Positions 25,425 through 37,760 of a stretch of 64,000 bases of DNA are shown piece after piece. Under the pieces are notes generated by a model, which searched no databases, was not told where the DNA came from, and saw only the letters and a list, made by a program, of their open reading frames with translations. The DNA is taken from contig JAQFVV010000003.1 in the NCBI GenBank assembly GCA_028023455.1, positions 3,658,001 through 3,722,000 on the forward strand. Direction: 5' to 3'. A program made the position numbers and the translations under genes. Each line of letters opens with the position of its first letter. Within the stretch, counting starts at the first letter, position 1. Origin of the DNA: Epiperipatus broadwayi. Lineage: Eukaryota; Animalia; Onychophora.

Positions 25425-27457
25425 TGTGACAGTCAGATGATGTATGTTGGTTTAACCCAGTTCGAATACTAGGCGAAAGTATCTCGAGGCCATCCATACG
25501 CGAGATATTAAATCAAGAATACTATGACCTCTGCCCTATTTGCCTATTCTCGAAGCTAATTACGAACAAACAACATTATCTGAGACACACAAATTATTTT
25601 CACACCGGCCACAAAGCTTAGCAACAGAGGTAGAGACATGGACGGGAACACCTACGGAGCTAAATAGTTAAATGTGCATAAAAGTGCTACGAAACATGTT
25701 TTGCATGCCTGGATCATTGGAAAAGTAACAATAAAACATTAAAATAAAATTAGAAAACTGAAGCTTTTTTTATAGTTAAATAATATGTTTAATTAGTGGC
25801 TTTAAAATATTAATAATGACTTAATGGCCTCCGCTATTCCCCTAAATTAATGAAACAAACTAATTAGACAATAAAAACAGATTAATATGTTTGCGATCTA
25901 AATCTTCCCAATTTTATTAAAATTGTCAACCCGAATCTCCTCGATAAAGTACAATAATAGAAATCTTTCGCAAAGCATTTTCTAATTGCTTTGCGCAAAA
26001 ACAGAGTTTAAAAATTATTTAAAACGTATATAGCTAAATCAGATATACGTAATAAGCTACTGGCGGACAAAAGAGGCGTCATCGAGGAGATCAAGTTGGC
26101 AAACAAAGGAATCTTACTCATATGGAATTTAGAAACATAAATAAAACTGGAAAGAGATTTTAAATGAAAAAAATTAACTTTTAAACTTAACCGCAATGGA
26201 ATACAAAATATTTACACATGTTAGTAATGAAGAATAGCGAAGGAAAAAAGGTTAAATATAGATAGATGATCACACATATATATATTTAAGACTAGTCTAA
26301 TAAAATGGTTACATTACAAATATCATTAAATAAAACAATTCATAATATAATTCAATTAAGAAAGGTATGAACAAAAGGGTAGAAAGTAAATAGTTCAATG
26401 GAGGAGAGATATGATTACCGTCCTGGTTCCCTTGGTCATGTTTCCTATGGCATTCATGGCTTGATCCGACCATCGATAGGTATTTGCCCGGACAAGGAAA
26501 GTGGAAATAAGTAGCATGCTTTTATGAGAAGTCCTACAGACACGGCACAGAGTTCAGATGACTATTGAGTGGATACTAAGGCATTTTGATGGTATTTAGG
26601 AACCTCGGCGATAGGCAAAGCTATTTATTTGCCTAGCCAAGCATAGTAGAATCCATCAAATTCATATGACTATTAGCTTGAGCATGTTAAAACTTCTCCA
26701 TGATTTTGAAGACGACACTTGTATAACTTTGTGGAATAAAATCTTAACAAGCAAAAGCAAAATCTGCAAGAGTTCTCCAAAGAGAAATCTGAATGCCCGC
26801 AAGAAAACTCTGAATTATCCAGTCTTTTGTTCTCACTTTTATTTATACCCTCTTTGTCAGCTACCTTCTATTGTTTGTATGATCTTAGATCTTGATAAGC
26901 CCACCCACATGCTCCTTTATTTCAAGGTAACATTTTCTAAAAATAACCTTTACTTTTTTTACTCTAAATTTCTTTTTTTAAACTTTGAATTTTATTAACT
27001 AAAAAAGAAAGAGAAGGCCATCTTTAATTGGCCTTGAATGGGCTAATTAATTAAAAATATACATTCTTTTAGAAAATGTTGGCGGGCTTATCTCAAAATC
27101 AAATCATACTAAATATTTGAACAAGATTTAAAAAGAAAAATACATTCTTATTTCTTTTAATAAAATAAGTATTTTATTTCAGCAGAATTTTGCATTAACT
27201 CATATATATACGCTTGACGTATATATGTTTGACTAATAGATTTTACAAGTAATTTTTATTAACAGAAATCTAATCTTAGAATGGAATTTATTTAACAAAA
27301 TATTTAAATGCAATACAAATTATATAAACGTAATTAATTTTAGCTTCAATGCAAAACCCTGCTGATATTGGATTATAAACTTAATTCAGGTCTATAATAC
27401 TAACTAAGTATATAGAAGGCTGTGAAGCGTGGATCGGACTTCAGATCCATTGCTTCA
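25425..27457 (-). mobile_element. Nested solo LTR 2 (2033 bp) inserted in integrase, reverse orientation
   Basis: On the minus strand TGAAGC...GTCACA, with ATAC on both sides (25421-25424, 27458-27461). Removal restores IRPILTSI. Minus-strand TATAAATA at 26847-26840 and ATTCAG about 30 nt downstream. Confidence 0.9.
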
Positions 27458-27985
27458 ATACTGACATCCATTCTTAAGAAACTCTGAATGAACTGCATGT
27501 GAACTGGTCATGATGGAATTAAACTGATTGTTTTATACATATACCAGAGAAAATCACAGAAGATCAGTAAACCAAATGGAAAACTTTAAAATATATTATT
27601 GGACAATCAATGAATCCATTGTAATTTACCTCAATACATCTTTATTTGGGGCAGCATTTCCCTAGTAAAACTCAACTTTTTGTAGAGATTGAAAACATCA
27701 ACACAAATCAGTATCAGGATAGGACCTGTTCACGTTTGGAAAAATATGGCCGATAGATTAAGATAACAGGAAATTATGAATCACCATTAATTTAATGTAG
27801 GAGTCTTGATTTTGCTTTGTGCCCCACAGGTAAGTAATCCTGCAAAGAACCAGTACAAGTTCTTTCCTCTTCCGATGGCCTATTGATTATCCAAAAAAAA
27901 TCGAGAACAATGCTTTTGTCCTAGAAAGAGATTGAGGCACAAAGGGAACATATTAGATTTCTCAAACCATACCAGGCAAACCAAT
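27458..27985 (+). pseudogene. pol remnant: integrase C-terminal part
   Basis: The frame resumes LTSI after the nested LTR. FNVGVLILLCAPQVSNPAKNQYKFFPL resembles the gypsy GPY/F module. Confidence 0.75.
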
Positions 27986-28170
27986 CTTTAATTAATCTTT
28001 TCCTTTGCTAGTTAGAATCATAGTTATAAAATTAATTGGAATCTTATTATTCTGATGTTTTTTTTTTGTGTATACATTTATTTTTTACTAATGTATAACT
28101 AAGTTAGGTTGCTGCTTGATCACTTGGATAAGTAAAGGCTTTTTTTTTTCTCTTTCTCGCTTAAGGCATA

Positions 28171-30867
28171 TGAAACTATATATATGTGCACCTATATATG
28201 CTTCATGTCAACTTATAAATAAATAGTTTTTAACCAGTGATTTAAAATTTATAATCAAATAATTTTAATTTATGGGAAAATTATCTTGTAAAAATTTATT
28301 AAAAACATTTTATTCATTAAAAATTTATTAAAGGAACATGTATTGTGTGTAATGGTAGAGGGTCGGCAAAAGAGCTGACATTAAATGATTAATATTCCAA
28401 TTGTATATCCAACTCTAGAAAATTCTAAGATTTAAAATTCAGTAATTAAATTCCAGAACATTTTAGCTTGTAAGGACAGATTAATTATAGAACATTTATA
28501 ATTGGTATAGAAATCTTATTTAAGTTAAAAAAAATTCTCTTTGTATTTTATATTTACAAGAATGTTTTCAATATTTTTTTTTTGGAGTAAAAGGTGTTAA
28601 TGTATGTTTAATTACTGCCAGGAATGCCATAGACAAAAGACATTAGGAATTTGGAAAACTTTATTAATTAATAAAATAGATATAAGATTGAATTGTCATT
28701 TAACTGATCAAATTGTTATCGGCAAAAATATATTTTAATTAAGATTAATCAGGATGCCTTTTGTCCAAAGTCATATAAATACCTCAGAAAATGTTAAAGA
28801 TTATTCTTATTATTGTTCTTTTGAGAAGAATCATTAAGATTATTATTAAGAAATCATGGCTGCTAGAAGCCTGAGTTATGCTAATCAGTGAGTAGAAAGC
28901 TTGTGTCCACTTCCCCTTCACCATCTACTGCTGCTCATCTGAAGTCAGTTGAAGTATACCTGTACCAATGTTTTGCCTGAGTTACTGTGTCATCATTCTT
29001 GAAATAAGAATTCACCTAGTCATTTAAGCCACCCTTGGCCAAATGCTTTCCGAAGAAGCAGTCTGTCTTCAATCAGTTCTTGATAACCAAGAAAAGGATC
29101 ATCCAAAGTTGTGTGAATTGTGCCATGAAAGATATGTGTTGTTTTTACATCTCGTGTTGCTCTTCATATCTTGCTGTATTTTCAAACCCTTTGCGAAGGT
29201 AAAGCACAAACCTTTGAACTCTAGACTTGAGATCTCTGCATTCCTATGACCAGTAAAACAATTCTTATGTATTTCATGTTTTCTTTTACTTGTATATTTT
29301 CTTTTATTTTGTTTAATTTTCTTTAATATTTTACTTTAGTTAACCTATATTGTTAAGAATGATCGAATAGACTGCTAGATGCAGTCATTTTTAAAGTTTA
29401 CCTATGTGTTAGATTTATTATTTTAAAAATCAGGTGACAGAGGGCTAATTTTTGTTAACACATTTTATTCTGAGAATCATCTTAAAAATAAACTAATTAA
29501 TTAAAAAGAGCAAAGATGTTTTAACCCCCCACCCTGTCACCTGCCAAAAATTTTGTTTTTCTAAAATATAATCTTTCATGTATTTCAATTATAGATTATA
29601 TTTTTGCAATTAGAAAACCAGATGTTTTTATATACAATTATAAAAGTTGAATTAGTTATGAAAATAATGTTAAGACTGGGTTTGATTTTCAATTTATTTG
29701 AAGGGACAAATGAATGTTATTTGAGTTATATTAACCTAGATAAGTTAAGGTCAGTTTTCATAAAAGTCTCATAATTATATATGAAAATTGTAGACTTGAG
29801 CTATCATGCAATATATTCTTTTTAGTGTAAGATCTATAGGGTGGATCTTCAATTAGAGTATTTGAATCTTTTAAATCATTTAAGTGTGTTAGGCTTTAAT
29901 AATATATGACTGCTTGTTTAAACTTATAATGTGACCCACTCATGCTTACCTTTGTTGATCTTTTAATTTCAGGCTTTTGTAGTTAAGAATTATTTATCAC
30001 TCTACTTAATTAAATTTGCAATGCTGGGTTATTTAATTTTTCATTCACATATTTTGTTCTTCAAGCAGTCATTTATTCCAGTCTTGGGGAAATTTCATAC
30101 CTGGAGGATCTCTACCATTATTTGTAGTATTATCAGTGCAGGTGCTAATTCCTGTATGATGGTAATAGGATCGTTACTGGTTGTATTATTCTCTAATCCA
30201 TTTGAATTCTTGGGTATGATCTCGCCAAAGTGTTCATACTCCATCTCTCTTTCATCATTGGATATATTGCTTTGTTGTTTATAACCTAGCACCGTACTTT
30301 ATAATTTATTAATATAATTTGAAACCTGAGATTCCAAGTGTGCAGTCTGTCATAATTCTGAGTATATGGCTGTCATTTATTCATGATTATAATTTTGATA
30401 TAGTTAAGTGTATACTCTCATATTAATTTTGCTTAATTATTCCTTAATTAATTGTTAAATTACTGTGGAACATCCACCCTAGAGGTTATTATGATATATA
30501 ACCTCTGTAGTCCCTCTATTGATGTAAATTAGTAATAGTCAATCTGCTTAGTTGCTAATTAAAATTTTAGCCTGTAAGAAACGCATTATAATCTTACATT
30601 TAAATCTTGTCATATAAACTTTATTTTGCTTTTGTTCATTTTATTATTGTTACTAATAAATCTATATACACTACCTCTTGCATTTTGTTTTCTCTTTACC
30701 ACAATTAATTAAATAAGTTATTTGGCATAGTTTTAAGAGTTTCTTGAATCTTCCTGGCCTAGTGATATATAAGAAAAGGGCATTATAATCTTACATTTAA
30801 ATCTTGTCATATAAGCTTTATATATGATTTTTGATATATTGGTTTTCCCATATTTATATATTTTTTA
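28171..30867 (+). repeat. 3' LTR of the outer gypsy element (2697 bp)
   Basis: Starts TGAAAC about 190 bp after the integrase remnant. TATAAATA at 28774-28781. Terminal CATATTTATATATTTTTTA matches the 5' LTR end and is followed by ATAT. Confidence 0.85.
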
Positions 30868-31445
30868 ATATGTGTGAAAATTTTATTTTGTGACTAATGT
30901 ATGTCATAATCATATATATATATTTCTGATTTCTTTTTTATTGAAATTAATTTTGCTTATTTATTTGGAATTTATTATTTTCTGTTCTCATATATACATT
31001 CTACCTTTGGCTATGTATTATTTTTATATATGTTATTGTGTGATATCAGTCTTTATCTTATGTTTTCCAAATGAGTTAGTTTAAATCCAGTAATGTTAAT
31101 GGCAATGTGAGACTTGAAAATGCTAATTAGGTGAAATCAATCCATCCAATAGTGGATAATATTATCTTATCGAATAAATTAAGTTCTGAAATAAAATTTG
31201 ATCGACCCTTTGTGCATCAAAAGAACGGCTTTGTCATTTGAGTATTGAGAAAATTTTAAAAAGAGTAGTGAATGAATACTAACAGACGATTCAGTGAAGT
31301 ATAATTTTTGATTAATATTTAATTGTTTCTTGTTGACTTTCTTTACATAAATTAAGTAATTTTTACTTTGTGGATCATTGTCCCATATATCTGTGTGAGT
31401 ATATTAATCTTGGGTTGCACCAAGTATGTTCATTTGCAAATATAT

Positions 31446-31797
31446 TGTAATGGGAACCACCCTACCCATCACTATTGAGTTTAAACATTATAACTCAACT
31501 AAAAGATAAGGCAGAGCGAAATAACTATTTTCAGTAATTATTATTAAAAAAGGGGATTAAACTGACAGCTATCAGTTCTATTTTCTAATTATTCTATTTG
31601 GATAACCATCTTCATCAGGATCAGCCAATCTTAGCCAAAGTAAAGCATTTTATAAAACCCAAAAGCTAAGTGCCACTTTCATAGAAATATATCTTACAAG
31701 ACCCTTATTGAGAAATACCTCCAACATTCTCTTACAGGTTATATTCCATATACTAGCTCTATTACTCTAATTCTTAGACTGAATAGCTGATCTTACA
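31446..31797 (-). mobile_element. Possible short solo LTR (352 bp)
   Basis: TGTAA...TTACA termini; flanks ATAT/ATAA (one mismatch); minus-strand TATAAAA near 31650. Confidence 0.4.
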
Positions 31798-32449
31798 ATA
31801 AACATACGTTATTCATATTAATTATGGAATAATGTAAGTAAAACATTGAACACCAGTTCTCGATCAAATACAACAAAAATTTATTTTTTAATCTTAATTA
31901 GAAATATTAACAAACAAACAAAAATAATTATTATAAAGATAACATAAAAGAAGAAAAAAAAAATTTATATTACATTACTTAGAGAACACCACCTCATTTT
32001 TCTTAGTTTCTTACTATATGAATTCATACAGCAGATTGTGGGCATATGAATACACACAAAAAATAACAAACATAATAATAATAATATATATATATATATT
32101 ACGCATGCTGATCAATGATATTACACAAGAAAAAAATATCAGCAAGATAGATTATATTTCAATTCATGTTTTTCTACACATTAACAAATAAATAAAAAAA
32201 ATATACATCTTTGTGAACTTCTCACTGTATTAAAGTGTATGATTTCTATTTAATTCTATATGCATACATACATTCATTTCTGTACACATAGCTCAATTTA
32301 AATAAGATATTGCTTTCTTAAATCATTATATTTCAAAAAAGAAACAAAAAAAAAAAATTTAAATGTTCTTTTGCTATTTATATCAAACTGGGGGGGGTAT
32401 TGTACACATTTCATTTCTGCTTTCTAAATATTTCAAAAACTCAATTATT

Positions 32450-32900
32450 ATTCATATGAGGCATTACTTAATGCTGGCTTCTGTGATGACCATTTCCCCC
32501 TGTTCATAGCTAAAACAAAACTCTGACTTTCGTCCATTTACAAATGTGCAGTAACAAACAGGAGAAAAAGATGATTTTGATTCTGCTATTTTTTTTGCTA
32601 GGTAGGATTTAGTACAGCTTGATGGTGTTTATTTGAAGATTAGATCTGGGTACACTTGGTGAACTTTTATTTCATTTTTTTTTTTGTTTACTTAACTTCT
32701 GGCAGCATTAATGTTTTTTTTAAGTCTTTCAAAAATGATTTCTCACAATCCAATAATTTTTTTCTTGTTTCTGCACTGTAGTGCAATGACCAACCTGACT
32801 GTTGGTTCACTTTTTCCTTGCTCTGACTTCTGATGGCTGACTTTTACTCCTCACTCTCACTGCTCGCTCTATCCACATAAAGCAAAATCCTCTCATTTTA
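32450..32900 (-). mobile_element. Probable LINE (RTE-like) C-terminal remnant
   Basis: The minus strand reads SGWSLHYSAETRKKLLDCEKSFLKDL, resembling the post-RT ETWTL...KLLIFERKILRKI segment. Short and decayed. Confidence 0.35.
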
Positions 32901-33411
32901 TAAACTACACACAAAAGAACAAAATGTACTTTTATCTTTGATTTCAATTTTTTTTTTTTCTCAACTCACAGATGAGTTTTTTAATATTTATAAAAAAAGA
33001 ATTTCAAGGATTTTATCAACACTTTACAAATTAAATTTTGATACAATCTCTTGGTATATTTATACAAAAAATTATATCAAAGAGATAAATCCTTACCAAG
33101 AAAGAATTTTTATAACAATGTAACTAATTATCTGATATATTAAAACATTGTTAAATTTTTTTCAACAAAATATTTCTATGAAAGACAATGAATAAAATCT
33201 TAATATTTTTTCTTTATCTATAAATTTAATTAAAACAAACTAACTTACTTTTTAATTAGTTTTTCTTCCTTTATCTTAGACAAAAAAAAAAAATTTAAAT
33301 ACATTAAAAAAAATTTATGAACAAAAATTAATAACACAAATAAAAAAAATAGTTGCTATATGCAAATATTTTAATACTTATCTGATAATATAAATATGTG
33401 TGTATATGTAT

Positions 33412-35883
33412 TGAAACAGTAAGATTTGTATTCTAATCTCAAGTTTCACCTTTTTTTATCGACTCTCACTCACCGGTCTATCCTACCCAAATTTAAACTT
33501 TTTGGTATCGAATTGTGTGTGTAACAATATTAAAAATGTATAGATATATGTAGAATTCACCATAAACACGCACACATTTCGATCTCAAATTTAAGGCAAT
33601 AAATAAAGATAAATAATATAATTTAGATTTCTTCTTTTAGTTATAAAAAAATATATATATTTTAACCATTTATTTTGAATTGTAAAATCCGTTATTTATT
33701 GCTTTGTTTAAATTTCATTTAGTAATAATTTTAGAAATAGATTGTAATGTTTAATTAAAAGTAAAAATAATCGTATGTTCCCTTTTTGTCTTTGAAATTT
33801 TAAAAGCATCTGTCGGTGAGAGATAATAGATTAATTAAACAGAAAAATTCCCTAAAATGTAATTATAAAAATTAAATGTAAAATCTAAACGTAAACAATA
33901 GAACGGCAGCTTTCTCGATAATTAAAATTAACAAAAATGCATTGATTATCCTCAGGGCAGATTAAGTGGAATCCAAAAATAAACTATGACAAAAATGTGA
34001 AAGATAAGATATAAGAAAAGATGCCATTTTAGACTTTCTAGAGACCTTTAACTTTAGCTGTGCTCTCAATCAGTTGAGAGTCTCCAAGATATTAAATAAA
34101 TTTTTCCTGCCACGGTATGTAAAAGCTCCCAGACTATTCTCCGCCCGGAGGTGGCCTATCGGATGCCAAACCTTCCGTTGCCCTTCATAAATTCAACCAC
34201 GAAGATCTGCTGCCTAAAATAATGAGAAAGCTGCTGCTGCTGTTAAATTAAATGAACCACCTAAATACAGGAAAGAACTGCTAATCATGAACAATTTGCT
34301 ACTGACCAATGGAATCGGAAAACTTCTCATAAAACAGGTATCTGTGTCCAAATTCTCTAGAATACTCTACTAATATCCAGCTACGCTTATTCATTCTGTA
34401 TATAACTTATAAATTGTAGAACTATCATTTGAAATGCTAAATTTTTAATAATTAATATGTAAACTTCTTTAATAATCTAGCCTGCCTAACTCTATCTTTC
34501 TTGGGTGCGTATTTCTAAAATCTATATTTATTATTTAATTATTGCATGCTCATAATTGTCTAAATATAAATCTGTGATCGTTTGAAACAGTGGATGCGTG
34601 TCAAATTTTTCATTAATATTTACTTTCATAAATGACTTAACATTTTCATACAAACGACACGCATTCAATGCTTCCATTATTGTAATGCAGGGGTCTACTG
34701 CTTAGCAAATGTCTGACGTATCAGTTGTAATAATCACCCAGTCTATATATTGTTTTTATATCTTATTAAACTGTAATTAATAATTCCATAAAATGTGCAT
34801 TTCTTTGAGAGTCGCAAACGTTCCTTATTAAATGTTGATAATGTAGTGCCGAGTTATAAAATATATTTAAGTCTTAACAGGATTATCTGTACATTATACA
34901 TGTGTTACGTTTTAGAGACACGATGATCCATTACAAGCCGTGAATATTTCGGATTCTATAGGGTTGAAATTAACCCCAGTCGTCCTACATAAGCGGACAT
35001 AATAAATGCTCCCGTGGTGCTTGACGACTGTCACGCAGCCAGCAGGAAATCTCGGCACGAACCGCTTGTCCCTGGTTATGCTTATGTGACACCTTTTTCT
35101 TTGGGCCGATGGCAAACGCCAGCCCGTCATTCTTATAAACTCATTCACAGCTTTGCAGTTTCAAGATACTGCCATTCCATATCGCCTTTCTAGCGTACCA
35201 CGTGTTTTCTTTTATTAACTTTATTATTCTATATATAACTCCGTCCCTGCATTAGCTTTATAATTCACTCTCAAATAAATGTTTGCCCCTAGTTTTTCGT
35301 AATATCTTTAATTAAATAAATCTTACTTTAGACTCTTGCATTGCAAAGGTATAAATCCCTAAAGGCATTCATTAGAAATACTTGCTCAAGAAATTTAGGT
35401 AGCTAGATTATGTCATCAATAAATATGTTCATCTGTGTAAATATAATAGTATCGGAAAATTCCGCTACTGAGATTTAAATCTTGCCAAATATTATTAGTT
35501 TTACCGTTAAATGATATAATGTTTTAATAAATAATTTCAAACTATACGTCTGCCGTTACTTCTTTATTTATTTATTCGATACCCATTCTATATAATATTT
35601 CCTCGATTTGTAAATATAAGTGTTTAATTAATATTAGTGTTATTATTGGCTAACTCGAAAATAAAATCATGAATCTCTTGCAACATCCCTGACCACCGTG
35701 CCTAAAGAAATGTTTACTAATGTCGCATCAGATGCGTTGTTTTGTAGATTGTATTGTGGAACCGATAAACTATGTTCGAACTTAGTACTACGGGTGGCTA
35801 CGCTACCTAGATGGTGCTGCAGTTCTGTGTGGTGGTCGAATTCTACACTATGTTAACGATTCACACGTTTTCTGACCGTTACA
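33412..35883 (+). mobile_element. Solo LTR 3 (2472 bp)
   Basis: Starts TGAAACAGTAAGATTTGT (like nested LTR 1) and ends CGTTACA. Flanks GTAT/ATAT (one mismatch). TATAA at 34010. Confidence 0.85.
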
Positions 35884-37203
35884 ATATTGCCCACAAATGT
35901 TTCCTTTGGTTTTTAAACTATATTTATACTTTTACATTTTATGAGTCAATTAACACTTAAGTACAGTGCTAGCTTATCAAAACTTGTGATGAGGGTTTGA
36001 TCATCATCAGTCACCGTCACAATATATATTAGTATGTTGAGTAGTGAAATTCAGAAAAAAACAATCACGCAAAGATTATAATAAAAATGAAAGTATCTTG
36101 CACTCTTGATCCATTATATATGATTTCATTATTTTTCTGCATCTATTATCTGTCTTCTTATTTTTAGCGTCATATGTTATTTTATTGTGAATTCTTTGTT
36201 TTTGATCTTTTATTTTTCACATCTATTTTTTCATTAGATAGCTTATTTTTTAATTTTAAATGATATTCTTATATCATTTAAAATAAAATATCTTTTTTTC
36301 TTTTAATTTTCGTACAGTATAATTTACAAATATTTGATTCTCCCTTACCCCCACTTCTTTTTTCTTTCATTAGAAAAAAAACTTTACATCATCGCCACCC
36401 CCCGAGATATTTTTTGTTGTTGTTTGTCTTCAACTTTTGAGTCTTATAAATAAATACTTCACATTTATAGAGATCATTTGAATAGTAAAAATGTTCTAAA
36501 GCAAATAACTGTCAATTTATTTACTTTAGCCTTTTCACTTTCAAGCAGCCATATTGAATATTTAAAAAAATTATGCTAAGCCACAAATTTTATCATAACT
36601 TTATAAGTTTTATTAATAAAAAAATGACATAATAAATATTGTTTTAAAGATTAAATACCAAAGAATATAATTAAATTGAAAAAAAATACAGTCATTGATA
36701 TTCAAAGTAATAAAAAAAAGAATAAAAGTTAATATTTCTAATAATTATTTTCATATTATTTCATAAATCCTAAATTATCATGCATCCACTTAAAATTATA
36801 TTTTTGTTAGTAAGTTAGTTGGATTCATCATTAAATTTCTAAAAAATTAGTATATAATAACACTTACCTAAGGTAATCCATCACTTGAAAACTTCATAGA
36901 ATAAAGACATTAGTACCTATCAATTTTCTCAGTAGCTCTTCAAAATGTATTTCCATACAGGGGTTTGCAATGTGTAAGTCATTCTTAGTAGCATCCCTTA
37001 TAAGAAGTAGTTAACATTGATCACTAATTAGTAAAATTTGAATATTATAATAAAGAACTTCAATACAATTTGTAATTTATTAAAAAGCACTACTAAACTA
37101 GTCACTATATATACAAAATAAAATAATAAAAATAAAAAGTGAATGAAATACTAAATTCAGAGTTAAGCTTGAGGTACATTTGTTTGTAGCTTATATATAT
37201 ATA

Positions 37204-37760
37204 TACTGTCAAAATCGTCACTTTTAGCATTTGTCTATTTTTTACTATTAAAATGCAGACAAAAAATTATAGAAAAATCTAAATCAGGTCATTATATTTC
37301 CAAAATATGTTCATCTTTGTCTCATATCAATTAATTCAAATATTCAACCAAATTCACATCATATCAAAAAATGCAAATAATTCACGATATAAATGTACAC
37401 AATCACGAGCTTTTTTTTTTTTGTTTCAATAGTATTTTTTTCATATATTTTTTATCAAATATATGAATAAAATAATAATTAAAAAATATGCAGCTATCGA
37501 AATTTATATTGCAATAGTCTATAATTGGCCTAAGTTTATGTATTGTCAAAATCGTTACTTTTAGCATGTGCGTATTTTTTACTATTAGTAAAATACAGAC
37601 AAAAAAATTATAGAAAAATCTAAATCAGGTTATCATATTTCCAAAATATATTTATTTTTGTCTCATATCAATTAATTCAAATACTTCATCCACCCAAACT
37701 CACATTATAGAAAAATATACGCAATCTTTTTTTTTTTAGCAAATATATATAAAAAACAAT
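37204..37760. repeat. Diverged tandem duplication, period about 337 bp
   Basis: TACTGTCAAAATCGTCACTTTTAGCAT at 37204 recurs as TATTGTCAAAATCGTTACTTTTAGCAT at 37541; similarity continues for about 170 bp. Confidence 0.85.

Larger units (their letters stand above)
14414..30867 (+). mobile_element. Full-length but decayed Ty3/gypsy LTR retrotransposon (about 10.95 kb without its two nested solo LTRs)
   Basis: Two homologous LTRs, ATAT on both flanks (14410-14413, 30868-30871), PBS-like site, and gag-PR-RT-RNaseH-IN remnants in gypsy order. Confidence 0.9.

Noticed and set aside
28141-28170. Polypurine tract before the outer 3' LTR
   Set aside because: The sequence is mostly pyrimidine with only AAGGCATA at the junction, so no PPT is called; the LTR assignment rests on homology and the target duplication.
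31114-31142. Third hammerhead-like string TTGAAAATGCTAATTAGGTGAAATCAATC
   Set aside because: Stem II and stem III are imperfect and stem I cannot form; at best a dead PLE remnant.
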